Source: Polyangiales bacterium (GTDB lineage Bacteria > Myxococcota_A > Polyangia > Polyangiales > Ga0077539). Taken from it: a DNA stretch of 64,000 bases. This document shows, piece after piece, positions 38,262-47,558 of this stretch. The stretch's first letter is position 1, and the number at the start of each line of letters is the position of its first letter. The notes beneath the pieces are model-generated. The model worked only from the letters and a program-made list of their open reading frames with translations. It made no database searches and was not told where the DNA came from. The translations under genes were made by a program, and so were the position numbers. The stretch lies in NCBI GenBank assembly GCA_044229975.1, contig JBGARZ010000019.1:111225-175224 (forward strand), read 5' to 3'.

Positions 38262-39614
38262 GTGAAGGTGATCCCGCAGGAGGGCACGGAGCTGCTCGAC
38301 GTCGATCCGCAGGTCAAGGCCGCGGGTCGAACCCGGGTGGCCAACCCCCTGCGCTTCGCCCCACTGACAGGCATCCTGTCGACCGATCCGACGGGCGCGC
38401 TGCTCGTCCGCCGCGTCCGCGTGCGCGTAACCAGCGGCCCCGACCGCGGGCGAGAAGCACTGCTCGAAGCGGGCACCCTCCTCGTCGGCACCCACTCCGA
38501 CAACGACCTCATCCTGCGTGACCCGCAGGTCGGCAAGTACCACCTGGAGATCGCACTCGTCGCCGGAGGCATCCGCGTGCGCGACCTCGGCAGCGACGCC
38601 GGCACCTACGTGGGCTCGGCGAAGGTGCAGCACGGGGTGTTCGCCATGGGCACCGAGGTCAGCCTCGGTCGCAGCACCCTCCAGCTCCTGTCTGGTGATA
38701 TTCCGGTTCCGGTTCCGCCGAGCGAGCGCACGAGCTTCGGGCCGGTGCTGGGTCAGTCGCCGTCCATGCGGACGCTCTTCGCCCTGCTGGAGCGGGTCGC
38801 GCCCTCCGATGCGCCGGTGGTGCTCGAAGGCGAGTCGGGCACCGGGCGCAGCCTCATCGCGCGGGCCATCCACGCGAGCTCGCGCTTCGCCGCGTCGCCG
38901 ATGACCTCCATCGACTTCCGGCTCCCGTCGCACGAGCGCCCGACGCTCTCCAGCCTCGCGCAGCGCACCGACACCTTCACGCTGCTGGTCGATCGCATCG
39001 ACAAGGCCACCCCGGCCGAGCAGACGGCCCTGCTCTCGCTCTATGAGCGCCGCGAAGAGGGCGTGCTCGACGCGCGCATCATCGCCACCTCCAACACCGA
39101 CCTGCGCCGCGAGGGCGCGGACGGGCGCTTCCGCCGCGAGCTTGTTCCGCACGCGGCTGCGGTGCGCATCGCGGTGCCGTCGTTGCGTGCGCGGGTGGAA
39201 GACATCCCGTTGCTGGTGCGGCAGTTCGCGCGGGAGGTCTGTGGCGCCGAGCTGGAGTTCGAGAGCCACGACTTCGATCGGCTGCTCGCCCGCGAGTACC
39301 CCGGCAACGTGCGCGAACTCCGGCAGCTCATCGGCAAGGCGCTCCAGGTGGACGCCGCGCCGTTGCAGCTCCCCAAGGCGGGCCTCGCGCGGGCTCGTGC
39401 TGCGCTGGTGATGCCGCTCAACGCGCGGCCGAAGCCCCCGTCGCCGAAGGTGGCGCGCGATCGGCTGGTGGAGTTCTTCGAGCGCGACCACGTCGAGCAG
39501 ACGCACAAGCGGCTCAACGGCAACGTCGCGGACATCGGCCGGGCGCTCGGGCTCCCGCGGCGCGATGTCATCAAGACGCTCAAGCGCTTCGGGCTGCCGT
39601 CTCCCGATCGCTGA
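38262..39614 (+). CDS. FHA + sigma54-activator-like AAA + HTH protein (degenerate enhancer-binding protein); start uncertain
   Basis: FHA-like LVGTHSDNDLILRDPQVGKYH..VRDLGS..GT; LEGESGTGRS; ARIIATSN; YPGNVREL; Fis-type HTH at the C-terminus. Confidence 0.85.
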   Translation: MKVIPQEGTELLDVDPQVKAAGRTRVANPLRFAPLTGILSTDPTGALLVRRVRVRVTSGPDRGREALLEAGTLLVGTHSDNDLILRDPQVGKYHLEIALVAGGIRVRDLGSDAGTYVGSAKVQHGVFAMGTEVSLGRSTLQLLSGDIPVPVPPSERTSFGPVLGQSPSMRTLFALLERVAPSDAPVVLEGESGTGRSLIARAIHASSRFAASPMTSIDFRLPSHERPTLSSLAQRTDTFTLLVDRIDKATPAEQTALLSLYERREEGVLDARIIATSNTDLRREGADGRFRRELVPHAAAVRIAVPSLRARVEDIPLLVRQFAREVCGAELEFESHDFDRLLAREYPGNVRELRQLIGKALQVDAAPLQLPKAGLARARAALVMPLNARPKPPSPKVARDRLVEFFERDHVEQTHKRLNGNVADIGRALGLPRRDVIKTLKRFGLPSPDR

Positions 39615-39639
39615 CCCGGCAACGGGTGGTGCTGCGGTT

Positions 39640-39749
39640 GAAGCCGCAAGGGCGCCAGGGTCGCAAGGAAGAGATCAAGATTCGGAGCGGGGGGGAGGGT
39701 TTGGGGCCGAGCCATTCATCCCTTGCGACCCTCGCGTCCTTGCGGCTTC
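39640..39749. repeat. REP-like inverted-repeat element, copy A
   Basis: 29-bp arms 39640-39668 and 39721-39749 (27/29 complementary); lies between convergent genes. Confidence 0.85.
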
Positions 39750-40705
39750 TACTGCGTCGCCTGTCGCCCGCCTTCATCCGATCGGAAGTGGTCCCAGCCC
39801 GCGGCGACGAGCGGGGTGACGACCTCGCCTCGCCGCGCCTGCACTCCTTCGCCGACCCGTACCTCACCGACGATCGTCCAGCGGTGATCGAATGCGTCGA
39901 AGGGACCCGCCGCGAGCAGCTCGTAGTCCTCGCCGCCGTGCAGGGCGAGCGTCGTCGCGTCGTGACCAAGCGCCGCCGCGGCTTCGCGCTGGCCCGGCAG
40001 CATCGGGAGGCGCTCGACGTCGATCACCAGTGCGCAGCCCGACGCCACGGCCATGTGCTGCGCGTCGGAGGCGAGGCCGTCGGACAGGTCGATGGCGGCG
40101 TGTGCGCGGCTCGCGATCGATAGCCCTTCCGCGACGCGCGCCAATGGTGAACGCCACCGGCCAACGAACGCGCCGTGCTCGTCGTCACGTCCTGTCATCA
40201 ACGCTCGCAGTCCCACCGCCGCCGCGCCCGGGCGTCCCGTCACCGCCAGCACGTCGCCCGGACGAGCACCGTCGCGACGCAGCAGCGGTCCTGCCGCGCG
40301 CCCCATCGCGGTGGTGGTGAGCGACAGCGCCGGACCGCCGGTGAGGTTGCCGCCCGCCACGCGCATCCCGAGACGACGCGCCGCGCGCAACGAGCCCGCG
40401 CCGAGGGCTTCCACGAAGGCGTCGGTGGTCTCGCGCGGGAGGCTCCACGCGAGGAGCAGCTCGGTCGGGGTCGCGCCCATGGCCGCGAGGTCGCTCACGG
40501 CGGACTCGACGGCGCGGGCGGCGAGGTCGTCAGGGGAGATCCAGCGCAGGTCGAAGTGGACGCCCTCCACCGCGGCATCGACCGTGACCACCAGGGGGCG
40601 CGGGTCGTGCAGCACCGCGGCGTCGTCGCCGATGCCCACGTCGGGCGGGTCGAGGCACCCGAAGAGGGAACCCAACCGCGCGATGCGCTCGAACTCGTCG
40701 CTCAT
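39749..40705 (-). CDS. thiL: Thiamine-monophosphate kinase
   Basis: MSDEFERI, GIGDDAAVL, VEGVHF, SDLAAMGA, GGNLT, AIDLSDGL, GGEDYELL, GWDHF. Confidence 0.95.
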   Translation of the reverse strand: MSDEFERIARLGSLFGCLDPPDVGIGDDAAVLHDPRPLVVTVDAAVEGVHFDLRWISPDDLAARAVESAVSDLAAMGATPTELLLAWSLPRETTDAFVEALGAGSLRAARRLGMRVAGGNLTGGPALSLTTTAMGRAAGPLLRRDGARPGDVLAVTGRPGAAAVGLRALMTGRDDEHGAFVGRWRSPLARVAEGLSIASRAHAAIDLSDGLASDAQHMAVASGCALVIDVERLPMLPGQREAAAALGHDATTLALHGGEDYELLAAGPFDAFDHRWTIVGEVRVGEGVQARRGEVVTPLVAAGWDHFRSDEGGRQATQ

Positions 40706-41130
40706 TCGTCGCGTGAGGTGAGGCGATCCCAGGGGATGAGCACCACCACGAGCACCTCGGCGGCGAACACCCACGGCGAGGCGAGCCGCGGTTGATGGGA
40801 CATCTGCGCGACCAGGAGCGTGAGCACCACGAGGGTCATCGCGGCGACCATGGGCAGCAGCCACCGGCGGGCGCTGCGGGTGATCTCGTGCTCGCTGCGC
40901 TTGGGGGGCGTGAGGGTGAGCATCGCGACGCGCAGGATGGCGTCGATGCCCTGCTGGGCGCGCACGGCGCGGGCGGGGTCGGTGAGGGAGGCGCGGTAGT
41001 GGCGCGCGGCGTCGGGGAGGCGCGTGAGAGACGACGCGAGGGCCACGAAGGCGCGGTGGCGGTCGTCGCTCTCCCAGTCGTCGACGAGGGTGTTCCAGGC
41101 GGTCTCGATCGGGTCCGTCTCGTCGCTCAC
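40702..41130 (-). CDS. Hypothetical membrane protein
   Basis: GTG 41130; helical N-terminus (AW..WE..HRAFV..AARHYR) plus two TMs; ATGA overlap with thiL. Confidence 0.7.
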   Translation of the reverse strand: MSDETDPIETAWNTLVDDWESDDRHRAFVALASSLTRLPDAARHYRASLTDPARAVRAQQGIDAILRVAMLTLTPPKRSEHEITRSARRWLLPMVAAMTLVVLTLLVAQMSHQPRLASPWVFAAEVLVVVLIPWDRLTSRDE

Positions 41131-41233
41131 GGCGGGGGATATTGGCGGCGGTGGGGGCGGGGAGCAACGGGGAGCGGCCCTGTCGAAAGATTGACCAACG
41201 CCTCCCGAACATGCGGTGAGTCCCCTCGCGACG

Positions 41234-42121
41234 ATGACCGAGTGGCTCCATGAGACCGTGCTGCTGGAGGTGGCCTGCGATGCGCTCGCGCCGCGCGCGG
41301 GGGGCCTGTACCTCGACTGCACCCTCGGCCGGGGCGGCCACACCCGGATGATCCTCGATCGGTCGGCGCCGGACGGCAGGGTCATCGCGCTCGACCGCGA
41401 CCCGCGCGCCCTCGACGCCGTGCGCGCCGCCATGCCCGACGCGGGCGATCGGCTGGAGCTGTTTCAGACGACGTTTTCGCAGGCGGCCGAGGTGCTGGAG
41501 GGCAGACTGGTCGACGGTGTCATCGCCGACCTCGGGGTGAGCTCACCGCAGCTCGACGACCCGGCGCGGGGGATGAGCTTCCGGCACGAAGGTCCGCTCG
41601 ACATGCGGATGGGCGACGACGACGGGGAGACCGTGTGGGAGCTCGTCAGGCGGCTCGAAGCCGACGCGCTCGCCGACGTGATCTACGAGTACGGCGAGGA
41701 GCGGGCGTCGCGGCCCATCGCGCGCGCCATCAAGCGCGCCATCGACGAAGGGCGCATGGAGACCACCGCGCACCTCGCCGACGCGGTGCACCGGGTGCTC
41801 GGTCGTCCGCGCTTCGGCAAGCCCGAGCCCGCGACGCGCACGTTCCAGGCGCTGCGCATCGCCGTCAACGACGAGCTCGGCGAGCTGGAGCGGTTGCTGG
41901 CCTCGCTGCCGTCGCTGGTGAAGGAAGGCGGTCGCGTGGCGGTGATCTCGTTTCACTCGCTGGAGGACCGCATCGTGAAGCACACGCTGCGCGACGACCC
42001 GTCGTGGAAGGTGCTCACCAAGAAGCCCGTCGAGCCCGACGAGGCGGAGTGCGCGCGCAACCCGCGGGCCCGCAGCGCCAAGATGCGGGTGGCCGAGCGG
42101 CGTGGAGAGGGGGAGCTGTGA
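41234..42121 (+). CDS. rsmH: 16S rRNA m4C1402 methyltransferase
   Basis: HETVLLE, DCTLGRGGH, DLGVSSPQLD, PLDMRM, TFQALRIAVNDEL, ISFHSLEDRIVK, NPRARSAKMR. Confidence 0.98.
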   Translation: MTEWLHETVLLEVACDALAPRAGGLYLDCTLGRGGHTRMILDRSAPDGRVIALDRDPRALDAVRAAMPDAGDRLELFQTTFSQAAEVLEGRLVDGVIADLGVSSPQLDDPARGMSFRHEGPLDMRMGDDDGETVWELVRRLEADALADVIYEYGEERASRPIARAIKRAIDEGRMETTAHLADAVHRVLGRPRFGKPEPATRTFQALRIAVNDELGELERLLASLPSLVKEGGRVAVISFHSLEDRIVKHTLRDDPSWKVLTKKPVEPDEAECARNPRARSAKMRVAERRGEGEL

Positions 42122-42432
42122 TGACCACGGTGCGCTTCGTGATTCTCTATGGGCTGGTGACCATCTCCGCGGGCTCCGCGTTCGTGGTGCACCTCGCCTT
42201 GCGCAACCAGAACGTCGCCCTCGGCTACGAGGCCGAGCGCGCGCGCGGCGAGTCGGCGCGGCTGCGGAGCCAGATCAACCAGTACCGCCTGGAGCTGGGC
42301 GCGCAGCGGGCGCCGGGGCCCTTGATGGACGTCGGGCGCACCGAGCGCGGCATGGTCGAGCCCGATCAGGTGACGACGCTCATCGTGGGTGGATCGCTGC
42401 GTCCCGGTCGCTCCAGCGGGAGGCCCCGATGA
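42121..42432 (+). CDS. ftsL: Cell division protein FtsL (probable)
   Basis: Single TM + coiled coil + GMVEP; sits between rsmH and ftsI. Confidence 0.8.
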   Translation: MTTVRFVILYGLVTISAGSAFVVHLALRNQNVALGYEAERARGESARLRSQINQYRLELGAQRAPGPLMDVGRTERGMVEPDQVTTLIVGGSLRPGRSSGRPR

Positions 42433-44579
42433 TGAACCTCGAACCGCGTCGCTCGCGCTGGATGCGCGTGCGCATCGGGATGCTCGTGACGCTGATGGCC
42501 CTCGGCGCCAGCCGTCTCGTGATGGCCGCCTGGGGACTCCAGGTCGACCGCCACCGCTCGCTCGAAGCGGAGTGTGAGCGGCAGTACTCGCCCAGCCTCC
42601 ACCTCCAGCCCCGCCGCGGAACCATCTTCGACCGCCACCATCGCCCGCTGGCGGTGAGCGTTCCGGCGCACGCCCTCGTGGTCAACCCGCGGCAGCTCTC
42701 CGGCGAGCAGGGACGCTCGCGTCGTCGCATCGACCTCGCCGCCCTCGCGGTGCGCCTCTCGCCGATCATCAACGTCCCGGCCGACGAGCTGCGGCGGCGC
42801 TTTGGTCAGACCCGCTCGGTCAACCGCGATGGTCGCGAGGTGCAGGAGCTCATGGGTTCGGTGGTCGTCAAGCACCACCTCCCCGACACCGAGGTGGCCG
42901 CGGTGCGCGCGCTGCTCGCCGACGTGAAGCGCGAGCTGCGCCTCGGGCGCGTCGACGGGTTGTCCTTCGAGGAGGAGAGCCGCCGGTGGTACCCGGCCCG
43001 CGAAGACGCGGCCCACATCACGGGGCAGGTCGGCGCCTTCGGCGACGCGCTGGAGGGCCTGGAGCGCTCGCTCGATGAGCACCTGCGCGGTCGCAACGTG
43101 GAGGTGCACGGCGTGCGCGACGCGCGCGGGGCGCTGGTGTTCGCCGACGGGCTGCGGCCGGGCGAGGGCATGGCGGGCGAGGACGTCACGCTCACCATCG
43201 ACTCCACCATCCAGATGATCGCGGCGCGCGAGCTCGCCCTCCAGTGCCAGGCCGCCGAGGCCAAGGGCGGGACGGTCATCGTCACCGATCCCCACACGGG
43301 CGAGGTGCTCGCGCTCGCCAACTACCCGACCTACAACCCCAACGAGTTCGTGGCGACGGACGCCGAGTCACGGCGCAACCGCGCCATCACCGAGCGCTTC
43401 GAGCCGGGCTCGACGATGAAGATCTTCACCGTCGGCGGCGCCCTCGACAACGGCGTGGTCAACCCCGGGCAGCTCATCAACTGTTACGGTGGTTCGTATT
43501 CCATCGGGCGCGTGACCATCCACGACACGCACCCCGACACGTGGCTCACGCCCATGCAGGTGCTCGCGCGGTCGAGCAACATCGGCGCGGCGCAGATCGG
43601 CGCGGCGCTCGGGGCCGACGGCCTGGAGCGGGTGTTTCGTCGCTTCGGCTTCGGCGAGCGCACCGAGATCCCCCTGCCCGCCGAGTCGCGCGCGCGCTTC
43701 GGTCAGGCCCGCTGGGTCGACGCCGAGGTCGCCACCGTCGCCTTCGGTCAGGGCATGAACGTCACCGCCATCCAGATGGCGCAGGCGCTCGGCTCGGTGG
43801 CCAACCAGGGACGACTGATGCCTCCGCTGCTGGTGTCGCGCATCACCGACGCGACGGGCGCGCTCGTCGAAGATCACCCGCCGGGGGAGGGACGCGCCGT
43901 GATGCGGCCGGAGAGCGCGCGGCTGCTCGCGGAGATGCTCACCGCCGTCACCGAAGAAGGCGGAACGGGCACCGAGGCTTCGATCCCGGGCGTTCGGGTG
44001 GCGGGCAAGACGGGCACGGCACAGAAGGCCAACGAGCACGCGCGCGGGTACGACCCCAACCGCTGGGTGAGCAGCTTCGTGGGCTTCGCGCCGGCCGAGC
44101 GGCCGCGCCTCGCCATCACCGTCATCATCGACGAGCCGCAGATGTCGCACTCGGGCGCGGCCATCGCGGCGCCGGTGTTTCGCCGCGTGATGGAGCAGTC
44201 GCTGCGCTACCTGGGCGCGCTTCCCGTGGCCAACGTGGGTCGTGATGATCTCGCGCGGTTGCCTCCGCGGCCCGAGCGGGTGCTCGCGGCGCAGGCGCGG
44301 GCGGCGACGGGTGCGGTGCGCGGAGCGGTCCCGGCAGCGAACCCGGAGTCGGGCGTGGCGCCGTCTCTGCTGGGTCTGTCGGTGCGCGAGGCGGTGCGTC
44401 GGGCGCAGCCGCTGGGCATCGAGCTCGAAGTGCAGGGTAGCGGTCTCGTGGTGGCGCAGGATCCGCCCGCGGGCGCTTCCGTCGCGGCCGATCGTCGGGT
44501 GCGCGTGCTGCTCGAACCCGCGGGGGGATACACCCCCGTGGTGGTGGATACGCCTGCGTCGGCGGAGGTTCCGAGGTGA
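42429..44579 (+). CDS. ftsI: Class B PBP FtsI (PBP3) with C-terminal PASTA-like domain
   Basis: RGTIFDR, EPGSTMK (SxxK), SSN, KTGT; C-terminal PSLLGLSVREA..GSGLVVAQDPPAG. Confidence 0.95.
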   Translation: MMNLEPRRSRWMRVRIGMLVTLMALGASRLVMAAWGLQVDRHRSLEAECERQYSPSLHLQPRRGTIFDRHHRPLAVSVPAHALVVNPRQLSGEQGRSRRRIDLAALAVRLSPIINVPADELRRRFGQTRSVNRDGREVQELMGSVVVKHHLPDTEVAAVRALLADVKRELRLGRVDGLSFEEESRRWYPAREDAAHITGQVGAFGDALEGLERSLDEHLRGRNVEVHGVRDARGALVFADGLRPGEGMAGEDVTLTIDSTIQMIAARELALQCQAAEAKGGTVIVTDPHTGEVLALANYPTYNPNEFVATDAESRRNRAITERFEPGSTMKIFTVGGALDNGVVNPGQLINCYGGSYSIGRVTIHDTHPDTWLTPMQVLARSSNIGAAQIGAALGADGLERVFRRFGFGERTEIPLPAESRARFGQARWVDAEVATVAFGQGMNVTAIQMAQALGSVANQGRLMPPLLVSRITDATGALVEDHPPGEGRAVMRPESARLLAEMLTAVTEEGGTGTEASIPGVRVAGKTGTAQKANEHARGYDPNRWVSSFVGFAPAERPRLAITVIIDEPQMSHSGAAIAAPVFRRVMEQSLRYLGALPVANVGRDDLARLPPRPERVLAAQARAATGAVRGAVPAANPESGVAPSLLGLSVREAVRRAQPLGIELEVQGSGLVVAQDPPAGASVAADRRVRVLLEPAGGYTPVVVDTPASAEVPR

Positions 44580-46108
44580 CGGTTGGGGCCTTTCCGCGGG
44601 GCGCCTCGCTCCGGTCGCTCTCGCTGGAGGTCGACGGGTCGTGGGTGGCGGGGGACGACAGCGTGTTCGTGACCGACGTGCGGCACGACTCGCGGGCCGT
44701 GCAGCCGGGGGACCTCTTCGTCGCGCGTCGCGGCGCTCGCTTCGACGGAGCGACGCACGCCGCGCAGGCCGTCGCACGCGGGGCCGTCGCGGTGTTGGCG
44801 GGAGCGCCGTTGGACGTCCCGGTGCCGACGCTGGTGTCCGTCGACGTCGACCGCGCGATGGCCGCCGTGAGCAGCGCGGTGTGGGCCCACCCCACGTGGA
44901 GCCTCGACGTCATCGGCATCACCGGAACCAACGGCAAGACCACCACCGCGTGGCTGCTGGAGCACGCGCTCAACGCGCTCGGTGCGCCCTGCGGACTCCT
45001 CGGAACGGTGCTCTCCCGCTTCGGCGGACTGCGTTGGGACGCCGCGCATACGACGCCCGAATCCGATGAGCTGACGCGACGCCTTGCGGCCATGCGCGAC
45101 CACGGTGCGACGCACGCCGTGATGGAGGCCAGCTCGCACGCGCTCGCCCTGGGGCGCGTCGAGGCGGTGCGCTTTCGCGTGGCGGTGTTCACCAACCTCA
45201 CGCAGGACCACCTCGACTTCCACCACACCGTCGACGCGTACGTCGCGGCCAAGCGCAGGCTCTTCGTCGACCTCGCGCCGGGCGACGCCGTCATCAACGT
45301 GGACGACACCGTGGGGCGCGCCTTTGCGGCCGAGGTTCCCACCGCGTGGACGTACTCCGGCGGCGCCCACGAGGCGACGCTGCGGGTCATCGACGGCGGC
45401 GCGACCGCGACCGGAACCCTCGCCACCGTCTCCACCCCCGAAGGCCCGGTGACGCTGCGCTCGCCGCTGCTGGGCGCGCACAACGTCGAGAACCTCCTCG
45501 CCGCGCTCGGCACCCTCGGTGCCCTCGGCTACCCGCTCAACCGCGCTGCGGAAGCGCTGGCGGGTGCGACGGGAGCGCCCGGTCGCTTGGAGTCGGTGAC
45601 GCTGCCGGGCAAGGGCGTCGGCTTCGACGTGCTGGTCGATTACGCCCACACGCCCGACGCGCTGGAGCGCGTGCTCGCGACGCTGCGCAAGACCACGCGC
45701 GGGCGCGTCGTGTGCGTGTTTGGTTGCGGCGGCGATCGCGACCGGGGCAAGCGTCCGCGCATGGGTGAGGCCGTGGCGCGCGGGGCCGACCTCGCGGTGC
45801 TCACCTCCGACAACCCGCGCTCGGAGGAGCCCGCGGCGATTCTCGACGACGTTCGCCCAGGGCTGCTGGCCGGGGGGATGCGCGAGCGCGCGGAGGGTGA
45901 ACCGTCGGTCGGGGAGTTCGTGGCGGTGGTCGATCGGCGGGCGGCCATCGCGGCGGCGGTGGCGCTGGCGGCGGACGGCGACGTGGTGTTGATCGCGGGC
46001 AAGGGGCACGAGACCTACCAAGAGGTGCGCGGCGTACGGTCGCCCTTCGACGACGGTCACGAGGCCCGGGTGGCGATGATGGCGCGGCTCGCCGCGCGGC
46101 GGGAGTGA
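44576..46108 (+). CDS. murE: UDP-MurNAc-tripeptide synthetase
   Basis: GITGTNGKTT, HTTPE, MEASSH, FTNLTQDHLDFH, DYAHTPD, DNPR (meso-DAP type), AGKGHE. Confidence 0.97.
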   Translation: MTVGAFPRGASLRSLSLEVDGSWVAGDDSVFVTDVRHDSRAVQPGDLFVARRGARFDGATHAAQAVARGAVAVLAGAPLDVPVPTLVSVDVDRAMAAVSSAVWAHPTWSLDVIGITGTNGKTTTAWLLEHALNALGAPCGLLGTVLSRFGGLRWDAAHTTPESDELTRRLAAMRDHGATHAVMEASSHALALGRVEAVRFRVAVFTNLTQDHLDFHHTVDAYVAAKRRLFVDLAPGDAVINVDDTVGRAFAAEVPTAWTYSGGAHEATLRVIDGGATATGTLATVSTPEGPVTLRSPLLGAHNVENLLAALGTLGALGYPLNRAAEALAGATGAPGRLESVTLPGKGVGFDVLVDYAHTPDALERVLATLRKTTRGRVVCVFGCGGDRDRGKRPRMGEAVARGADLAVLTSDNPRSEEPAAILDDVRPGLLAGGMRERAEGEPSVGEFVAVVDRRAAIAAAVALAADGDVVLIAGKGHETYQEVRGVRSPFDDGHEARVAMMARLAARRE

Positions 46109-46111
46109 GCG

Positions 46112-47545
46112 ATGGCGACGGCGGTTCCGACGAACGAGGCGACGTGCACGCTGGCCGAGGTGGCCTCGGCGACCGGGGGACTGCTGCGAGGTGACGCCGC
46201 GCTGCGCTGCGTAGGCGTCGGGACCGACACCCGTCGGCTCACGCCGGGTTCGCTCTTCGTGGCGCTGCGGGGCGAGCACTTCGACGGGCACGATCACCTC
46301 GTCGCGGCGCGTGACGCGGGCGCAGTGGCGGCGCTGGTGGAGGCGGGGACGCCGGCCGTCGAGGGACTGCCGACGGTGGTGGTGACGGACTCATTGCGGG
46401 CGCTCGGGGCGATCGGCGCGATGCACCTCGCGAGGGCGCGGTCGCAGCGGGCGCTGCCGGTCATCGCGGTGAGCGGCGCCGTCGGCAAGACGACCACCAA
46501 GGAGCTCATCGCGGCGGCGTTGCGCGCGGCCTACGGCGACACGCTCGCCACGGTGGGCAACCTCAACAACCTCATCGGCGCGCCGCTGACCTTGCTGTCG
46601 CTGACGGACGCTCACCAGGCAGCGGTCATCGAGTGCGGGTCCAACGCGCCAGGCGAGATCGCCCGCATCGCGGCGCTGGTGCGGCCCGACGTGGCGCTGG
46701 TGACCAACGCCGACGCGGCGCACACCGAGCTGCTCGGGAGCATCGACGCCGTCGCCCGCGAGGAGGGATCGCTCTTCGCCTTCGCGCGCCGCGCCGTGGT
46801 GGGCAACGCCGAAGAACCCCGCTCGGCCTCGCAGATGGAGCGCGCCCTCGCCGACCGCGCGCGCTGGCTCTTCGGGGCGACCGCCGACGCCCACGTCGCG
46901 CTCTCCTCGCGCACGCTGCGCGCCGACGGTGGGGCGACGTTGACCTTCGTCGTCGCTCCGGCGCTCTCGTCGGTGGGAACGCTCACGGTGGAAACCCCGC
47001 TCGTGGGCGCGGCCGTCGCGTCCAACATCGCGGCGGCGCTCTGCGCGCTGGCGGCGCTCGGCGCGTCGCCCGATCAGCTCCTCGCAGCGGCGGCGGCGAT
47101 CGGGGCGGTGACGGCGGTTCCGGGGCGGTTGCAGCCGATGATGTTGCGGGGCGCGCTGGTGCTCGACGACACCTACAACGCGAGCCCGCGGGCGGTGCGC
47201 GCGGCGCTCGATGCGGCGCACGAGCTGGCGACGGCGCGTGGGACGCGGTTGATGGTGGCCATCGGCGACATGCTCGAACTGGGTGGGTTGTCGCGCGAGG
47301 CGCACGAGGACGTGGGGCGCGCGGTGAGGGACGCGGGTGCGGAGCTGTTCATCGCGACGGGGCCGGAGATGCGGGCCGCGGCGCTGACGGCGACGCCGGG
47401 GCCCGAGGTGATCGCGGCGGACGACTCCACGGCGGCGGGCGCGGCGCTGCGCGAGCGGGTGCGCGAGGGCGACGTGGTGCTGGTGAAGGGCTCGCGGGGA
47501 ATGCGGATGGAGCGCTGCGTGGCGGCGCTCGCGGCAGGCGAGTAG
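46112..47545 (+). CDS. murF: UDP-MurNAc-pentapeptide synthetase
   Basis: LFVALRGEHFDGH, GAVGKTTTKE, NLNNLIG, DDTYNASP, GDMLELG, VKGSRGMRME. Confidence 0.97.
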   Translation: MATAVPTNEATCTLAEVASATGGLLRGDAALRCVGVGTDTRRLTPGSLFVALRGEHFDGHDHLVAARDAGAVAALVEAGTPAVEGLPTVVVTDSLRALGAIGAMHLARARSQRALPVIAVSGAVGKTTTKELIAAALRAAYGDTLATVGNLNNLIGAPLTLLSLTDAHQAAVIECGSNAPGEIARIAALVRPDVALVTNADAAHTELLGSIDAVAREEGSLFAFARRAVVGNAEEPRSASQMERALADRARWLFGATADAHVALSSRTLRADGGATLTFVVAPALSSVGTLTVETPLVGAAVASNIAAALCALAALGASPDQLLAAAAAIGAVTAVPGRLQPMMLRGALVLDDTYNASPRAVRAALDAAHELATARGTRLMVAIGDMLELGGLSREAHEDVGRAVRDAGAELFIATGPEMRAAALTATPGPEVIAADDSTAAGAALRERVREGDVVLVKGSRGMRMERCVAALAAGE

Positions 47546-47558
47546 AAGGGAGCGGCCG

